Of a stretch of DNA of 64,000 nucleotides, positions 34,428-47,847 are shown one piece after another. Position numbers and translations under genes: made by a program. This DNA comes from Chrysomallon squamiferum (Eukaryota; Animalia; Mollusca), in the NCBI GenBank assembly GCA_012295275.1, contig CM022679.1, positions 25,916,001 to 25,980,000 of the forward strand, given 5' to 3'. Position 1 is the stretch's first letter. Each line of letters begins with the position of its first letter. The notes under the pieces are model-generated. The model saw only the letters and a program-made list of their open reading frames with translations. It was not told the origin of the DNA and did not search any database.

Positions 34428-35191
34428 TTACGGAGAATATATATAATAACGGTTAATAACGTTTTCTAATTTTTAAATAATAAATATTTTGAGAAAATCC
34501 CGTATTTTGCCACCTCTTAGTAATACATAGAAGCATGAAAACGAAAAGATTTCAAGCAATATATAGGTACTGTTTAATTCTTTTCCAGTTGTCCAAAATT
34601 GGCTTTATGCCCAAAAATTAAAATTGCATTTCGTTTAAACCCGAGCATCTTTTGGCGCTGAACATCTTAGACGAACGTTTGGATGGATATCGCTGGATCT
34701 CCACCTGAGACTGGTCTATATCGTTTGCAGGCAACGATTCCGGCTAGTATACTCATGTAATAACAATTCTAGCTTTCATTTTCGAGTTCGCTGGTTCCAT
34801 AAAAAGAACCATTTAGTTGTATATACATACATATGCAACAAGAAGAAATTCAAAATCCCTATCATAAAATCACCGACACCGAAATCTTCGGACATGTTTG
34901 AATCGACCTAAACAGTGACCTAACGATCAGCTGATTAACACGCGACAGTTTTAGCGTAATTCAATTAAAAAAAAAATCTGTCCTAATGTAGTCAGAATGT
35001 GTGAAACCATTTCCCTCGGATTGCTTGTTGTCACATAACATGAAAAAAAAAAAAAAATCTGTCTGTACTGAAAATGCGACCTAAATTGAGATTTGCAGAC
35101 ATAGTCATGCTCCAATAAGTAATTCAACGGCATATTAATTATATCTGAATAGCTGAATTAAAGAATCCGCTCGATGCCATAAAAAAAAAAA

Positions 35192-35239
<48 letters not shown>

Positions 35240-36222
35240 AATAAATAAAATAAAAAAGTAGATGAAATTAGTATGACTCAGTTTTTTAGAAAACACTTAG
35301 AAATGACAACGACTGACGATAGTCAGACTTTACGCCACTTTGTACTGAGATAAAAGTTGCATTGCCAGCTTAGATAAAGAGAGAGTGAGAGAGAAAAATA
35401 CAATAAAAAGAAAAATTATGGCGAACGCAGGACAGTTCAGCCGAAATGTGTTCACATTTATGGAAGATTTTTTTTTCGATAATAACGCAAGAGCATAACC
35501 AGATTTCTAATACATGTTTTAAGCATAATGAACAATGTTAATCGTTCAAATATAAAGCCTATAATCAAGTGTTCCTTTTAAACATATATAATTTTATATC
35601 TTTGAAAGTATTTTGGAAACTAAATACAGCCATACATACATATACACATACATACACATATACACATAACATGCAAGACAATAACTTATATAGACTCAGA
35701 TACATATACATATATATATATATATATATATAGGCACATACAAATGCAAACACACTCATATCACACACATATTTATATATATGTATGTGTATTTAAAAAA
35801 TAAAACACACTATCCTACAAAATGGCGACCTGTACTGCTTGACATATGTAATGTGGTAATCATATCCGAAACGCGCAAGTGTGCATATCTGCATGTTTTG
35901 TGGTATGCAAATTTGCATGCAAATCTATTTGTGCACAGTTGCGAGTATGTATTTGTTTGTCTTGCCTGAAGGCTGGTATTTTTAATAATATTGTATCCTT
36001 ACCGATGATTTTAAATATATATTTAAATTTCACACAAACATTGGCCTTCTGGTGAAAAAACCAAAACAATCCCCCCAAAAAAAAAACACACACACTACAC
36101 ACACTACACACAGCCAACAGACCACAGAGAAAACAAAACATATGAAAAACAGCCCCAAAAAACCCCATCAAACAAACAAAGATAAACACCCATAAACACA
36201 AATACGCAAATATACGCGCGCG

Positions 36223-36270
<48 letters not shown>

Positions 36271-36599
36271 TGTAATTTATATTCCACGTACCTTTTTTTC
36301 CGTCACAGTTTGAAAGTGCAGGTTTGATCTCCAACAAAAGTCCACACAGTAAAACTGAAATGGTCACGTGACACACTGTACTTTTAACAGCATTGCTATA
36401 ACGGTCATGCGACAGCGTCCTTTTAACATCATTTAGAAGTTAGGACGTAGACCTGTATTGTGTGAACTAGCCTCGACCTGACACCAACCCAACTTAACCT
36501 CAGCTTACTCCTTTTTATTTATCTTTCTTTTTTCTTTTTAATATGGCTACTCAAATAAAAAAATAAATAAAAAATAATAATAATTAGTTCATCAAAATA

Positions 36600-37295
36600 C
36601 AGTGGTGCCTTGATTTACAAGTTTAATTCGTTCCGTGACTGAGCTCGTAACTTAAATCTGCTCGTATATCCAATTTATTTTTCCTTAAATTAATTGAAAT
36701 GCCATTAATCCGTTCCAGCCCACCACCCCCCAAATCGCCCCATTTTTTTTGGTAACTTGTTTTTAAATAAGAAAAATGTATTTATAAATGACAAATAGTG
36801 TAAAAAAAAAAAAAACAAATTAAAAAAAAAATATGATCAAAATAAAGAGAGAATGTAATTTTAACGCTTTTGGCTGGAGTTACAGCCTTTATCAACGCTT
36901 TCTGCTTCAGTATGGCACTATGCTCATACTGTCTAGCCAAATCGCCTGCATGCACATTCGCTCATATTGTTTTCTTTGGGGTTCATGCTTTAATTCAATG
37001 GACATGATCCGATTCTTCTTCTCAACACTGTCACTTTCTTACGATCCATGGTCAGAAAAAAAAGACATTTTGCAAAATACTGCCCAAAACGCGAACACAA
37101 CACTACAGAAATGCTTCCACGGCGAGGCAACCACGTGAAGTAATCGAGTGAGACGCGGGATGCTGGCCGGACGTATCTGAAGCTCGCTCGTAACTCGGAT
37201 TTTAGATCGCAACTCAAAGCAACAATGCCACCACGGGACTGCTCGTAACTTGAAAAACTCATAAGTAGAGGTATTCATAAGACAAGGTACCACTG
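36600..37295. mobile_element. Non-autonomous pogo/Tigger-like (Tc1/mariner superfamily) MITE, about 696 bp
   Basis: Begins TA|CAGTGGTGCCTTGA and ends ..CAAGGTACCACTG|TA: imperfect terminal inverted repeats with a TA target-site duplication (36598-36599, 37296-37297). CAGT termini are typical of Tigger/pogo. No transposase ORF. Confidence 0.8.
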
Positions 37296-37854
37296 TATTT
37301 TGTTGCAAAAAAAATATTTATAAAACTGAATAAAATTAAATAATTTTTGTTTATGTATGTGTACGTAAATAAGAATGACATTTTTGTGCATGCAAGTAAG
37401 ATTTTTAATACCAAAGCACTGTTTAATTTTTATAATTATGATTTATCCAGAATGCAATTTATCCAAAATGCAATTTATCCAAAGTTCCTTTTAACAGAAG
37501 CTCAAACAATGCGGGACACGTTTTTCTTTACCTTTTAGTACGAATTACAGGTAAAAGCGGTTATTGTGAAATAGATGGAGGTGTATTAGAACAACCAATT
37601 TTGACAAACAAAATATGGATTCTAAGTTTTATTGTACTAAGATTCTATTTCAGTGACGTGTCTTTCTTTAAGAGATTTATTGCTAAATGTTTAGTGAGTT
37701 TCGGTGCATATTGTATACATTAAGTCAACAGTTTTTGAAACATTCTAAAGGTTTAAGCAAGCCTGTCATGGGCACTCGGTGTTAGGTCAGAGTGTACTCT
37801 TAAAGTCACCACTGAACGAATATGGAGGCTATAATTTATTTTTATCGTATCTGT

Positions 37855-39925
37855 TTATATGTGCGAGCAGTCTGCCGTTTTGTTTAGTCCTTGTACAATA
37901 ACGTCATTGTGAGAAGATGAATGCAGATCCGGGTGCACTGCATGTTGGTTAGAATGAGGAGGGTTTGAGCGCGGATTCGATCTGCGTTCAATGGTATGAA
38001 TCGACGTGATCACCGTGCGTCGTCTACGACAAAATATTCTCTTGAATTCCACCTGAAATTTCTTGTTCAGAAACGTGTATATGATCGGGTTGAAGCAACA
38101 GCTGCTGTAACCAACCAGCTGCAAGATGACAAGATTGATCCTGAATGTGGAACCGATTTTCACGAAGTCCTGATACAGCGATGCAGAAAAGAATGGAAAC
38201 CACAAGACGGTGAATTCTGCCACAAGCAGCATGAGCATTTTGATAACCTTCCGCTTCTGTTTGATGCTTCGCGCATTGTTACGCAGGTTAGGCTGGTGGA
38301 TCCAAAGCCGACGAGCTATGGCTCCGTAGGTGAAAACCATGACCAAAACCGGAACGAGGTAAACGCCGATGAATATCGTAAGAGAAAATATCTTCTGGTT
38401 GTTTTTTTGTCCTTTTGGGAAGTACTCGACGCAAACGTGACTGATTCCAAGAATATTCTTAGTTTTAAAGTCCATTTTAATCATCGGCTGGATTCGCTGA
38501 AAAATAATCTGCGGGCAGACGACGCAAAGAGAGAGCAGCCAGACGATCACTAGACCTAGAATAGCAAATCGCTTCGTGTGTATCTTTCGAGAAATTTCTG
38601 AATGACAGATTACCAGGTATCTGTAAAATACAGACGTTATATATTAGTCGTAAATATTTTGTCAAGATATCATTTCTGTAATAAAAGATGTTTATAAAAC
38701 CAAAAAGCACAGAATGAATAAATATTTGTTGTGTTGACCAGATATGAAATTGTTATCGTTATTAAATTTGTAAAGTAAAACCGTTAAGATTAATAATATA
38801 GTATCGGAATTAAAATGACAGTGGTAACTAATTAATTAAAGTATGTATGGTTTATATCAGTGAAACTATGAAAGAGGAATAAACAAAAACATAACTTTAA
38901 AAAATATTTACGAATTCGTCTACATTAACAAAGTTTAGGTGTATAAAACATTTAATGATATCGACATCTATATTACAAAATCTAATCTTTTTTAATTTTT
39001 CCTTTCTCTGAACGATTCAGAATTAGCACATGAAATACGTTATAAAAAATACTTACCTATCAATGGCAATGGCTGTCAGTGTTAGTATATTAGCGACAAT
39101 GGTGACAGCTTGTAGATAGGTCGTGAACTTGCAAAGGAAATCCCCCATCGTCCAGTCATTGATGACGATAGATTTGAGCTGTATGGGCATGTTAAACGTC
39201 GATATTAAAATATCACTGACTGCGAGTGACAGAATGAACAGATCCGTGAAGGATCGCACCATTCGCGCCCAGGCTATCACAAATATGACGAGAAGATTAC
39301 CAAAGAAAGCCAAAAATATGATTAGAATGTAGAGCACGGTAAACGTTACTACTAGTTCATGGGAAAACGCTGGAGGCAGAAACCTGTCCTCTTTGAAACG
39401 TATTGTTAGAATTGGTAACTGATTAGGTTGTGAAGAACTTCCATTAGTAACATTTCGTCCTGTCATTGTCTGTAAAGATATTTGTCTTCTTGCTACTTTG
39501 CTTTGCATTTTGTTTCTGGTTCTCTCTGATGACGAAAAATCTTCAGGATCCAAGACCGTGTTCTGGGAATTAGTTAACGTTGATGAACCATTGTTGCTTT
39601 TTGTAACAGACCCCTTAAGACAACAGATGGATGAATTTTGAAGATTTTCTCCATCAGGTGCCGTTCCATTTACAAGTTTTCCTGTTGCATTTGCAGTTGG
39701 TTCTAAATTTGAAGCACTTCTTGAAATTGTGGAATTAACTCTGATGTAATATCCTTCTGTTGTGACGAAACTTTTGTCTGTCAAACTGGCCGTGTATTTA
39801 ACTCTGTTAATCCGCTTTTTGTCCAGGCCCGCTGTTGTCAATGCCGTTGATGTTGTTGAAGATGTCACAAGAACTATACTAAACAGAATTATAATAGAAA
39901 GTTTACAGATTAAACGGTTATCCAT
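37855..39925 (-). CDS. Class A (rhodopsin-like) neuropeptide GPCR, CCK/sulfakinin-QRFP-orexin receptor-like, about 544 aa
   Basis: Exon 1 39925-39057 (signal peptide MDNRLICKLSIIILFSIVLVTSS; TM1 GNLLVI; TM2 SLAVSD; TM3 CK..AIAIDR). Exon 2 38620-37855 (DRY completed across a phase-2 intron; TM5 YLVP; TM6 KVIKML..EF..WFP; TM7 NPIIY). The TM6 Glu and the YSSCCFNPIIY segment resemble CCK-type receptors; exact orthology is not established. Confidence 0.9.
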
Positions 39926-41053
39926 AATTTCGTATCCAGAGTATACCTGATTTTGTTTGTATTCAGACTTGATATTATATGAAAGATGCATATGTTTGCA
40001 TACCGTCATCACAGTGATGCATTATTAATCTTTATTTTACTTTTAAATTTCTAAATCTTTTGTCTAAAAAATGAAATCAGAAAATCCTTTTCATGCAAAA
40101 ACACTGGAACGTTATTTTAAATATTATTTATTTGATTATATATTTCTTTTATCAGATATTTCTTTCGGTTTTTTTTTTTTTTTTTTTTCAAGACAAATAA
40201 CTATATGCACACGTCATTGTAAATCAGTGAAACAAAGAGTAAATCCATTAAAATAGTTGTTAGTCCGTTTAGTAAAGCAGTGAAGAAATGCCTAAAACTC
40301 AGAATCATATGACACATTCATTATTCAAATAGTTTCTGTATTATTCTTAATCTAAGCCGAACCTGAGCCAAACCCGGGCTAAGACTGAAGGTAAAATCTC
40401 TCTGATAACATCACTAAAACTCAACTGGCAAGTGTGTTGGAACACATCTTGCTTTGTTACATGTTTAATTAACAAATGACCAAATTCAGTTTACGAAAAC
40501 AGTACTGATAACAAATCTACAACTTTTATTGATGAATCACTCGAACGACAAATTAAGTACACAATACGTCACTTTCGATGTAATAAATATCAGAGTTAAT
40601 TAAAGCAAGATGCTTGGCATGAAATAGTAAATTACTGCTGTGGTCTAATTTTATTGCCGTTATCAGAAATAAACTTCACCTTTACTTGACAACGTCAAAA
40701 AATAATAAAAGCACCTCCTGACGATACGATACAGCTGCGCCTAGATACAGAAAGAGAAATGGTGCTTGTTTCTCTGAAACAAAAAAGTTAATCTAAAAGG
40801 TGAAATCGGTGCATTTTCTTTGATCCATTGTTCTGCATTCATCGTAATCATTAATGTTGTAGCTTAAAGTTAGGATACTGATCTCAAAGATGACTGACCA
40901 CATGATCAGTTCTTTTTTGGTGTTCAGTTTGGTCTTTTTCCAGTTATTATCTGTTCTCTACGGCTTTCCTATATTTTTTTTTATTAGAGTGGAAGTTTAG
41001 TTGTACTGTGTTCAAACCGCAAACACTTAACTGTAATAAATATATATATATTA

Positions 41054-41084
41054 CAGGGCTGGCGCCAGATTATCTGGCGCCCTA
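41054..41084 (+). mobile_element. hAT-like transposon left terminal inverted repeat
   Basis: CAGGGCTGGCGCCAGATTATCTGGCGCCCTA; matches the reverse complement of 52954-52984 at 25/31 positions. CAGGG termini are common in hAT-family elements. Confidence 0.5.
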
Positions 41085-43615
41085 GGCAAGAGTCGCCCCC
41101 AGGAAAATATCAGTTTCAAAATAAAGAAACAGTAAATAAGAAACAAAAATTTCAACATTTGAGCACAGACCAAGGGTAATTACATTTTTGCTTGTTACAG
41201 TCTGACTGAATCAACCTGATTATTTGTATCCTGTATGAAATTAATCAGGATCAAAAACGACCTGAATAAAGTTGAAATTTATTTATTTATTTTACAACAA
41301 GCGTTGATCATATGGAGATAGTTTGCCTATATGGTAGCGTCGGCCGCACGATTGTTTTCGAGCAAACTTTTTTGCCATTCGCGCATGCGCACTTGCCGTG
41401 TTGTACATCTACTTAGCACGATACAGTCAGTTGTTTACACTGACCGACAAAAACTTGTTCGCTTGAGTAAAATTGTTTTTTCGATTAACAAAACCTTAAG
41501 CCTAGCCGTAGAAGTTCAAGTTGGAGAGGTTCACGAAGGTATAGAAATAATAATAATACAGCCATTGGCCTAGTTCATGAATAAATACAAATCATTCGCT
41601 TATAAAGATAAAAATACGTGACGGAGAATTAGTCAATCGGACACATGTTACAGCAAAGCGATAATCGTTAAGTGAGGTATTCGAGGCAATAAATAAACCT
41701 ACACACCTCACGCTAGTACTTCTGCTTTTATTTACTTACACAAGACTAGAAGAGCATAACTTCTACCACGCTTTCGATTCAAGCGCGCTACTGATGCTTA
41801 TCGCAAAAACGTGGCCAAAATCAAAATTAGCGGGGTTGTATCAAAACCCATCTTTGTACCAAATATATGAAAGCACGCAGAAATATGTCACTTAACATTA
41901 GTTCCTTGAATTGTTTTGATTCCTCCGCTAAAATAACTTTATTCGAGGAACAAGAAAAATCAATGATGAACTTTTCGTCCCTCTTTAAAATAATGCTCTG
42001 GTTAATTATAATATTAATGACGTGGCATGGAGTAAGTGCGCATACGCAAATTTCATAAAATTCGTACAAAAAAACCCATCTCGCCAGCCCTCTACTCTAT
42101 ATACGTACATTTACATACAATGTACATATTAACGTCAATGCAGGAAATAGTTTTAAGTTATCTCCCTTGTTCTGAACATCGTTTAGATGACGTGATATTG
42201 TACATCAGTAACCGTCAGGTTGTGATAATAGATTTCGTAAAGCATATATATTTTTAATGTATTTAAAAAAAAAAATAAAAAAAAAAAAAAAAAACAACAA
42301 CAACGACAACAAATGAACATTAAGAAAAAAGCTCATGAAAAAAAAAAAGAAGAAAAAAACAACAACAACAACAACATAAATAAACAAAACAAAAAATTCA
42401 TTATTATTTATTTAATAAGAAATTACAGAGAAGAAGAAAAGCACTAAAGAAATATTAATATACATTCAAATCAGCAAATTATCATTTAAATCTGAATGTA
42501 CGAGTGTCAAAAATGCGACGCTTGTAATTTGTAGATACATTATAATTAAATGGTGAATTGTCTTTTTCGAAAATGTGGCAGCAAAATTGTATAGATGTGT
42601 GTTATACATTAAATTCTCTACTCATTTGTCCACGGTCTTATTGTGATTAATTAATATATCGTCATACTTTTTTTACTTTTTAAACGTAGCAATTTAAGAA
42701 AATATTCTTCTTTGGCTAAATCATAATAATAATAATAATAATAATAAAATATCAGAAATTATAATAATGATGATGATGATAATGATGATGATAATAATAA
42801 TAATAATATTAAAAATAATTATTATTAAAACACCCGCTTTTTACTTATTTTTTTAATATTTTTTAATATGTTCGATATTAATATTATTTGACAATAATGT
42901 TAATGTTTTTAAGGTTATAGCATTTTTTCTTTTACATTGTAACAGATTACAGATTTCAGCATTAATGATTATAACATTAGTATCGAGATATATATGTCAT
43001 AAATAGTAAAGCACTTTGTTAAGATAATATACGATTAGCTTATGATATAAAAATCGAGTGTTTTTCGTTTTTGGCGAGATATATAAAAACATCATATTCC
43101 CAGAAATGGCTTATTTTATTTATAGTAATTGACATCTTTAAAATGATAGTAATTTGTCGGAGTTTTTTAAAAGCGAATTGTCAAAACAATGATTTATTAA
43201 ACTAAAGAATAGAAAAATGCATTAAGACACTTTACTGTAGAAATATTAGCTTGTTTACAAGGATTATTATGGATCTTAGTAATAGAACCGTACAATGAAA
43301 ATAAACTCCGAAAATGCCATCTCACTTGAACAAAAATCTTTTTAAAATTTATAAAGAGATCTTTTATTCTCATTCTGGCTTTTACAAAACTCATTGACTG
43401 TTTCACATTCTTTTTTCATCCTATGACTAATATTCTAAATTAAGAAAGAAAGAATCAAAACTAATAACAATAAATAAATAAATAAACAACAAACAAACAA
43501 ACAATCAAACCATATTAAAAATAAAATAATAAAATAAAAATTATATTGAAAAATATATATAATTAAAATATATATTTAAAAAAACAAAACAATTAAGTTC
43601 ATAACTGTTTGAAAA

Positions 43616-43676
<61 letters not shown>

Positions 43677-44226
43677 AGTTTAAAATATTAATAAATTTTA
43701 AGACAATAAAGACGATTATTATTTGGACTCTAAAGCTTACAGTGTAATTGGCAGTCTAGCAGAATATAGAAAGACTCTCTATATAAACAATATATTATTG
43801 CTGTTGTTGATTCTCTATTCATTTTTATTATTCTTCATTTTGAATAACTGTAGCTGCCAGCACCTCCTGTGTTGAATCCTGGAATAAAGGAATACATTTT
43901 TATTATGACTACTGATATATTGTACATTACTTTTAGCAAAATAAATTAAAAACTGAGTGCAATAATAAAAATGGAGAAAAATGTCTGAAACGGAGTTGAT
44001 TCTGTTCTGTAACGAGATTCGTGTAGGGGAAATAATCCGTCATACTTAACCATGATTTATAACTGAAGTATGTCGTGTACTAATTTGTAGGGGAGATAAT
44101 TCCTGTTGCTTTGAAGTCAATTTTCACAATATTCCAAATATTCTGTGGTGTTTTTTTTTTTATATCAGTAGATACAAACAACATATAAAAAGGAAACAGA
44201 TACACATAGAGGAGAGAGAGAGAGAC

Positions 44227-44355
<129 letters not shown>

Positions 44356-44970
44356 ACGAAAGTGCTACCAAAGCATATTTACTAACCTTTGTGCCCAAAA
44401 AGCTTGCCGTAACAGGGCATGTTACAGTAGGGTTTTCCATCATGCTGAAAATCGATAAAACAAACACATTAACATTTGGTACGTTTCACTCGTTCATTCA
44501 TTTGTTTATTTATTTACTTCTTTGTTTTGATGGTGTTTTTTGTTTTGTTTCTAGCTATCTATTTATTTTTGTTTAGACCAGTGGCAGGCTGTATCTATCT
44601 TTCGCAGTGTCAAAAACAATGATATATTCTTTCCATCTGTATAAAGCCGTATCTAACAGAGATCTTAATATTTATTAACTATAAAGTGTAGGCCGCAGAA
44701 GTAAGATTCGTCTTAAATCATTATATTTCTAAAACCAAATTTGACATATGATAATCTTTAATCTGAAAGTGTTGTGATGTGTCTTTAAGCAAATATTATT
44801 CATAATTATCAGCTGAATGTTCTGTGTAATTTGCAATAAATACTCTACCTCGGAATGTTTGCCTCTCTCCAGCGTTTTCCCACATTCGGCACATTTCAAA
44901 CAAGCTCTGTGATAATCCTTACCGTTTGAAGTGTATCTTTCAGCTGAAAATGAACACAGACATGTTATTA

Positions 44971-45086
44971 TGGATAAACTAGAATGCTAATGTATTATGT
45001 AAATTTGGAACATCTTAAATTAAACTAGAATGGATAAACTCGAATGCTAATGTATTATGTAAATTTGGAACATCTTAAATTAAACT
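44971..45086. repeat. 60-bp tandem duplication
   Basis: TGGATAAACT(A/C)GAATGCTAATGTATTATGTAAATTTGGAACATCTTAAATTAAACT at 44971 and 45031. Confidence 0.9.
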
Positions 45087-45924
45087 TCAGATTGAAACAC
45101 GAAGATGGTGTAATAATCTGAGAAAACAGAAAATGTCGTATTTATCATTTTTGACAAACCTTTATATATTTAAATGTTAGAACCCAGTATTATTTAATGT
45201 GAAAAATAGTGAAGCTCACAAATATGCGAGAGATCCATATTTATTTTAATATAATAATTTGTTTAATAGCAACATATACTGATAATTAAAGATGTTATGT
45301 CTCTAAACAAGAACTAATTTGAGAGTTTATCAATCCGAGTTAAACTTCCACGCACGTGCATTTTAATGTTGTTATTATATATCTTCTTATGAAAGTACTG
45401 TATATACCGTGGTCCTATAATTTATAAGAATAAAATTCATTGTCACAAACTTGGTGTGATTGATATGATAAATAATGTGTCAAAATATATCATGTGCCTT
45501 TAGTAAATAAATGAATGAATGAACGAACGAACGAACGAACGAACGAACGAACGAACGAATAAATAAATAAATAATCAATTCTTTGTAATTTCAAATCAAA
45601 CACACAAAAGCCAGATGAATCGTCAGAAGGAATAAATTCACTGAAAATTACTGTTATTTGACTTCCTCTTTTACAAAACTCACCCCCATTTCACCTGGTT
45701 GTACTATAAAATTATATTTTGTACTTGTTTAACCTGACAAAGTTCACTCATTAACCAGTGACCTTGTCAAAAGGTCAAGTACAAACATGTGGAATGAACT
45801 AAAGTAGTGACATATACGTACAAACGTTTACAAGCCGAAAAAAGTACAACAGTATCGACTCCATTTCCTTTTAATTAATTAATTAATTATTACTAATTTA
45901 GTTATTATTATTATTATTATTATG

Positions 45925-45969
<45 letters not shown>

Positions 45970-47617
45970 GTTATTATTTGACTGTGAAATAATACTCATT
46001 TAATGATATGAGTTTTATTCAGAGCGCAATGAGCATTCCCCTTTTCCTGAAAAACTTGATTAACCTGTAGAAAACGGTAATCCTCTTTCGTCTGCAAAGG
46101 AAAAAAGAGAAGAAAAAAAAAAAATGAAGAAGAAAGGGAAGAAGATGAAAACAAATTCTGTTTTAAGAGAAAATATTTAGATTATATTTCTTGTTGAATT
46201 TTCACAGCATCAGAACCACTTAGAATGTTGAAAGAGGAAATCAAATAAAATAAATCGCTTGACCGGAAAACACGAACAATTGAATCTTAACAAGTAAATA
46301 CCCAAACAAAAGACGGTACATTTGCTCAGAATGTATCTGTATAAAGAAGGTGCAGACATCAGTTGGAATTATAACAAAAATGGTCAACAACGACTAGTTA
46401 TAACCAAGTGTTTCGGAAAATGGAGTCATAACTGTAACTTTCAAGATGAACAAATTTTATAATAATAATGACAATTATGATAATAATGATATCAACAACA
46501 AGAACAACAACAACAACAAATAATAATAATAAGAAGAAGAAGAGCAACATCAACATTAAGCTATATGTACTGATAATACCGATTTAAAGATGAAATGTTA
46601 AAACCAAATAAAAGAACAAAATATTAAAAGGAGAATAATTTTTATGTCCTCACAAACACGCTCTATTAATTATTTCGTGCAATCAGAAACCAAACAGAAA
46701 TTTGATGTTATACTGGGGATTTTTTTGTTCAAACATTTCACGGATATAACACAGGCTTTACAACCTTTAATGGGTGTCAAGATCAGAAGAGAACGATCAT
46801 TTATAACATATGTCTGTAGTTAAAACCACATTTTACTAAACACGAATGCGAAACGTATACAGCTAAATAAAAAGAAATAAAAATTTCAGCAGTAATAAAT
46901 GAATATTGTTCACAGATTTACGACCGTGAGAATCGCGCCACTCCATTTGTCATCCAGGTCAGACTTTTCCATGTGAATCGATCCTGGTCTGTTTGTTTAT
47001 TTATTTATTTATCTATTTATTAGAAAAGTAAATTTATAGAATGTCTATAATTATGCTTATATGTATGTATGTACGTAATAATTAATTATGTATGTATGTA
47101 TTCATGTATGTGTGTGTATGTATGTATGTATGTATGCACGTATGTATTTCAGTGTAGTATGTATTTATGTATCTATGTATGTACATAGGCATATGCGTAT
47201 TTAGATTGATAATATACTGCGCACACACACACACAGTGACCCGTTACGTGTTCTATAAATATGCTTATAACAACAGCGATTGAAAAACAGCGACATGCAA
47301 ACAAATTAATATGCGCTATTCACTTAATAAGCTCTAGTTGAATTTTATTGTATTAACTCTTTTGTGAAACTCAGAATGAAAACCGCATGGATGAATATAT
47401 TATTTAGATAAACTAGAAGTGGTTTATTTGTTCCGATTGAATGAGTTGCAGGAATTCCGCAATACTGTCCGCTTACAAAGCTCGAGTGACAGGTAAATAG
47501 GAAACAGGTGTCACTTTTATTATGATAGGTGACAAGACCAAATTCTCAGCCAAATGACTCATGGAGTAAACGATACAGTTTCTCGCTACATGTAGGTAGA
47601 TATGCAACTATAATAAT

Positions 47618-47726
<109 letters not shown>

Positions 47727-47810
47727 AGATGCAGATAGATAGATAAATAGATAAACAGTCAGAAAGATAAACAAATATATAGATTATAAAGAGACTGAAA
47801 GAAAGAGTGC

Positions 47811-47847
<37 letters not shown>

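Noticed and set aside
37996-38553. 185-aa plus-strand ORF antisense to GPCR exon 2
   Set aside because: Shadow ORF of a GC-richer coding exon; no recognisable motifs or independent splice or promoter support.
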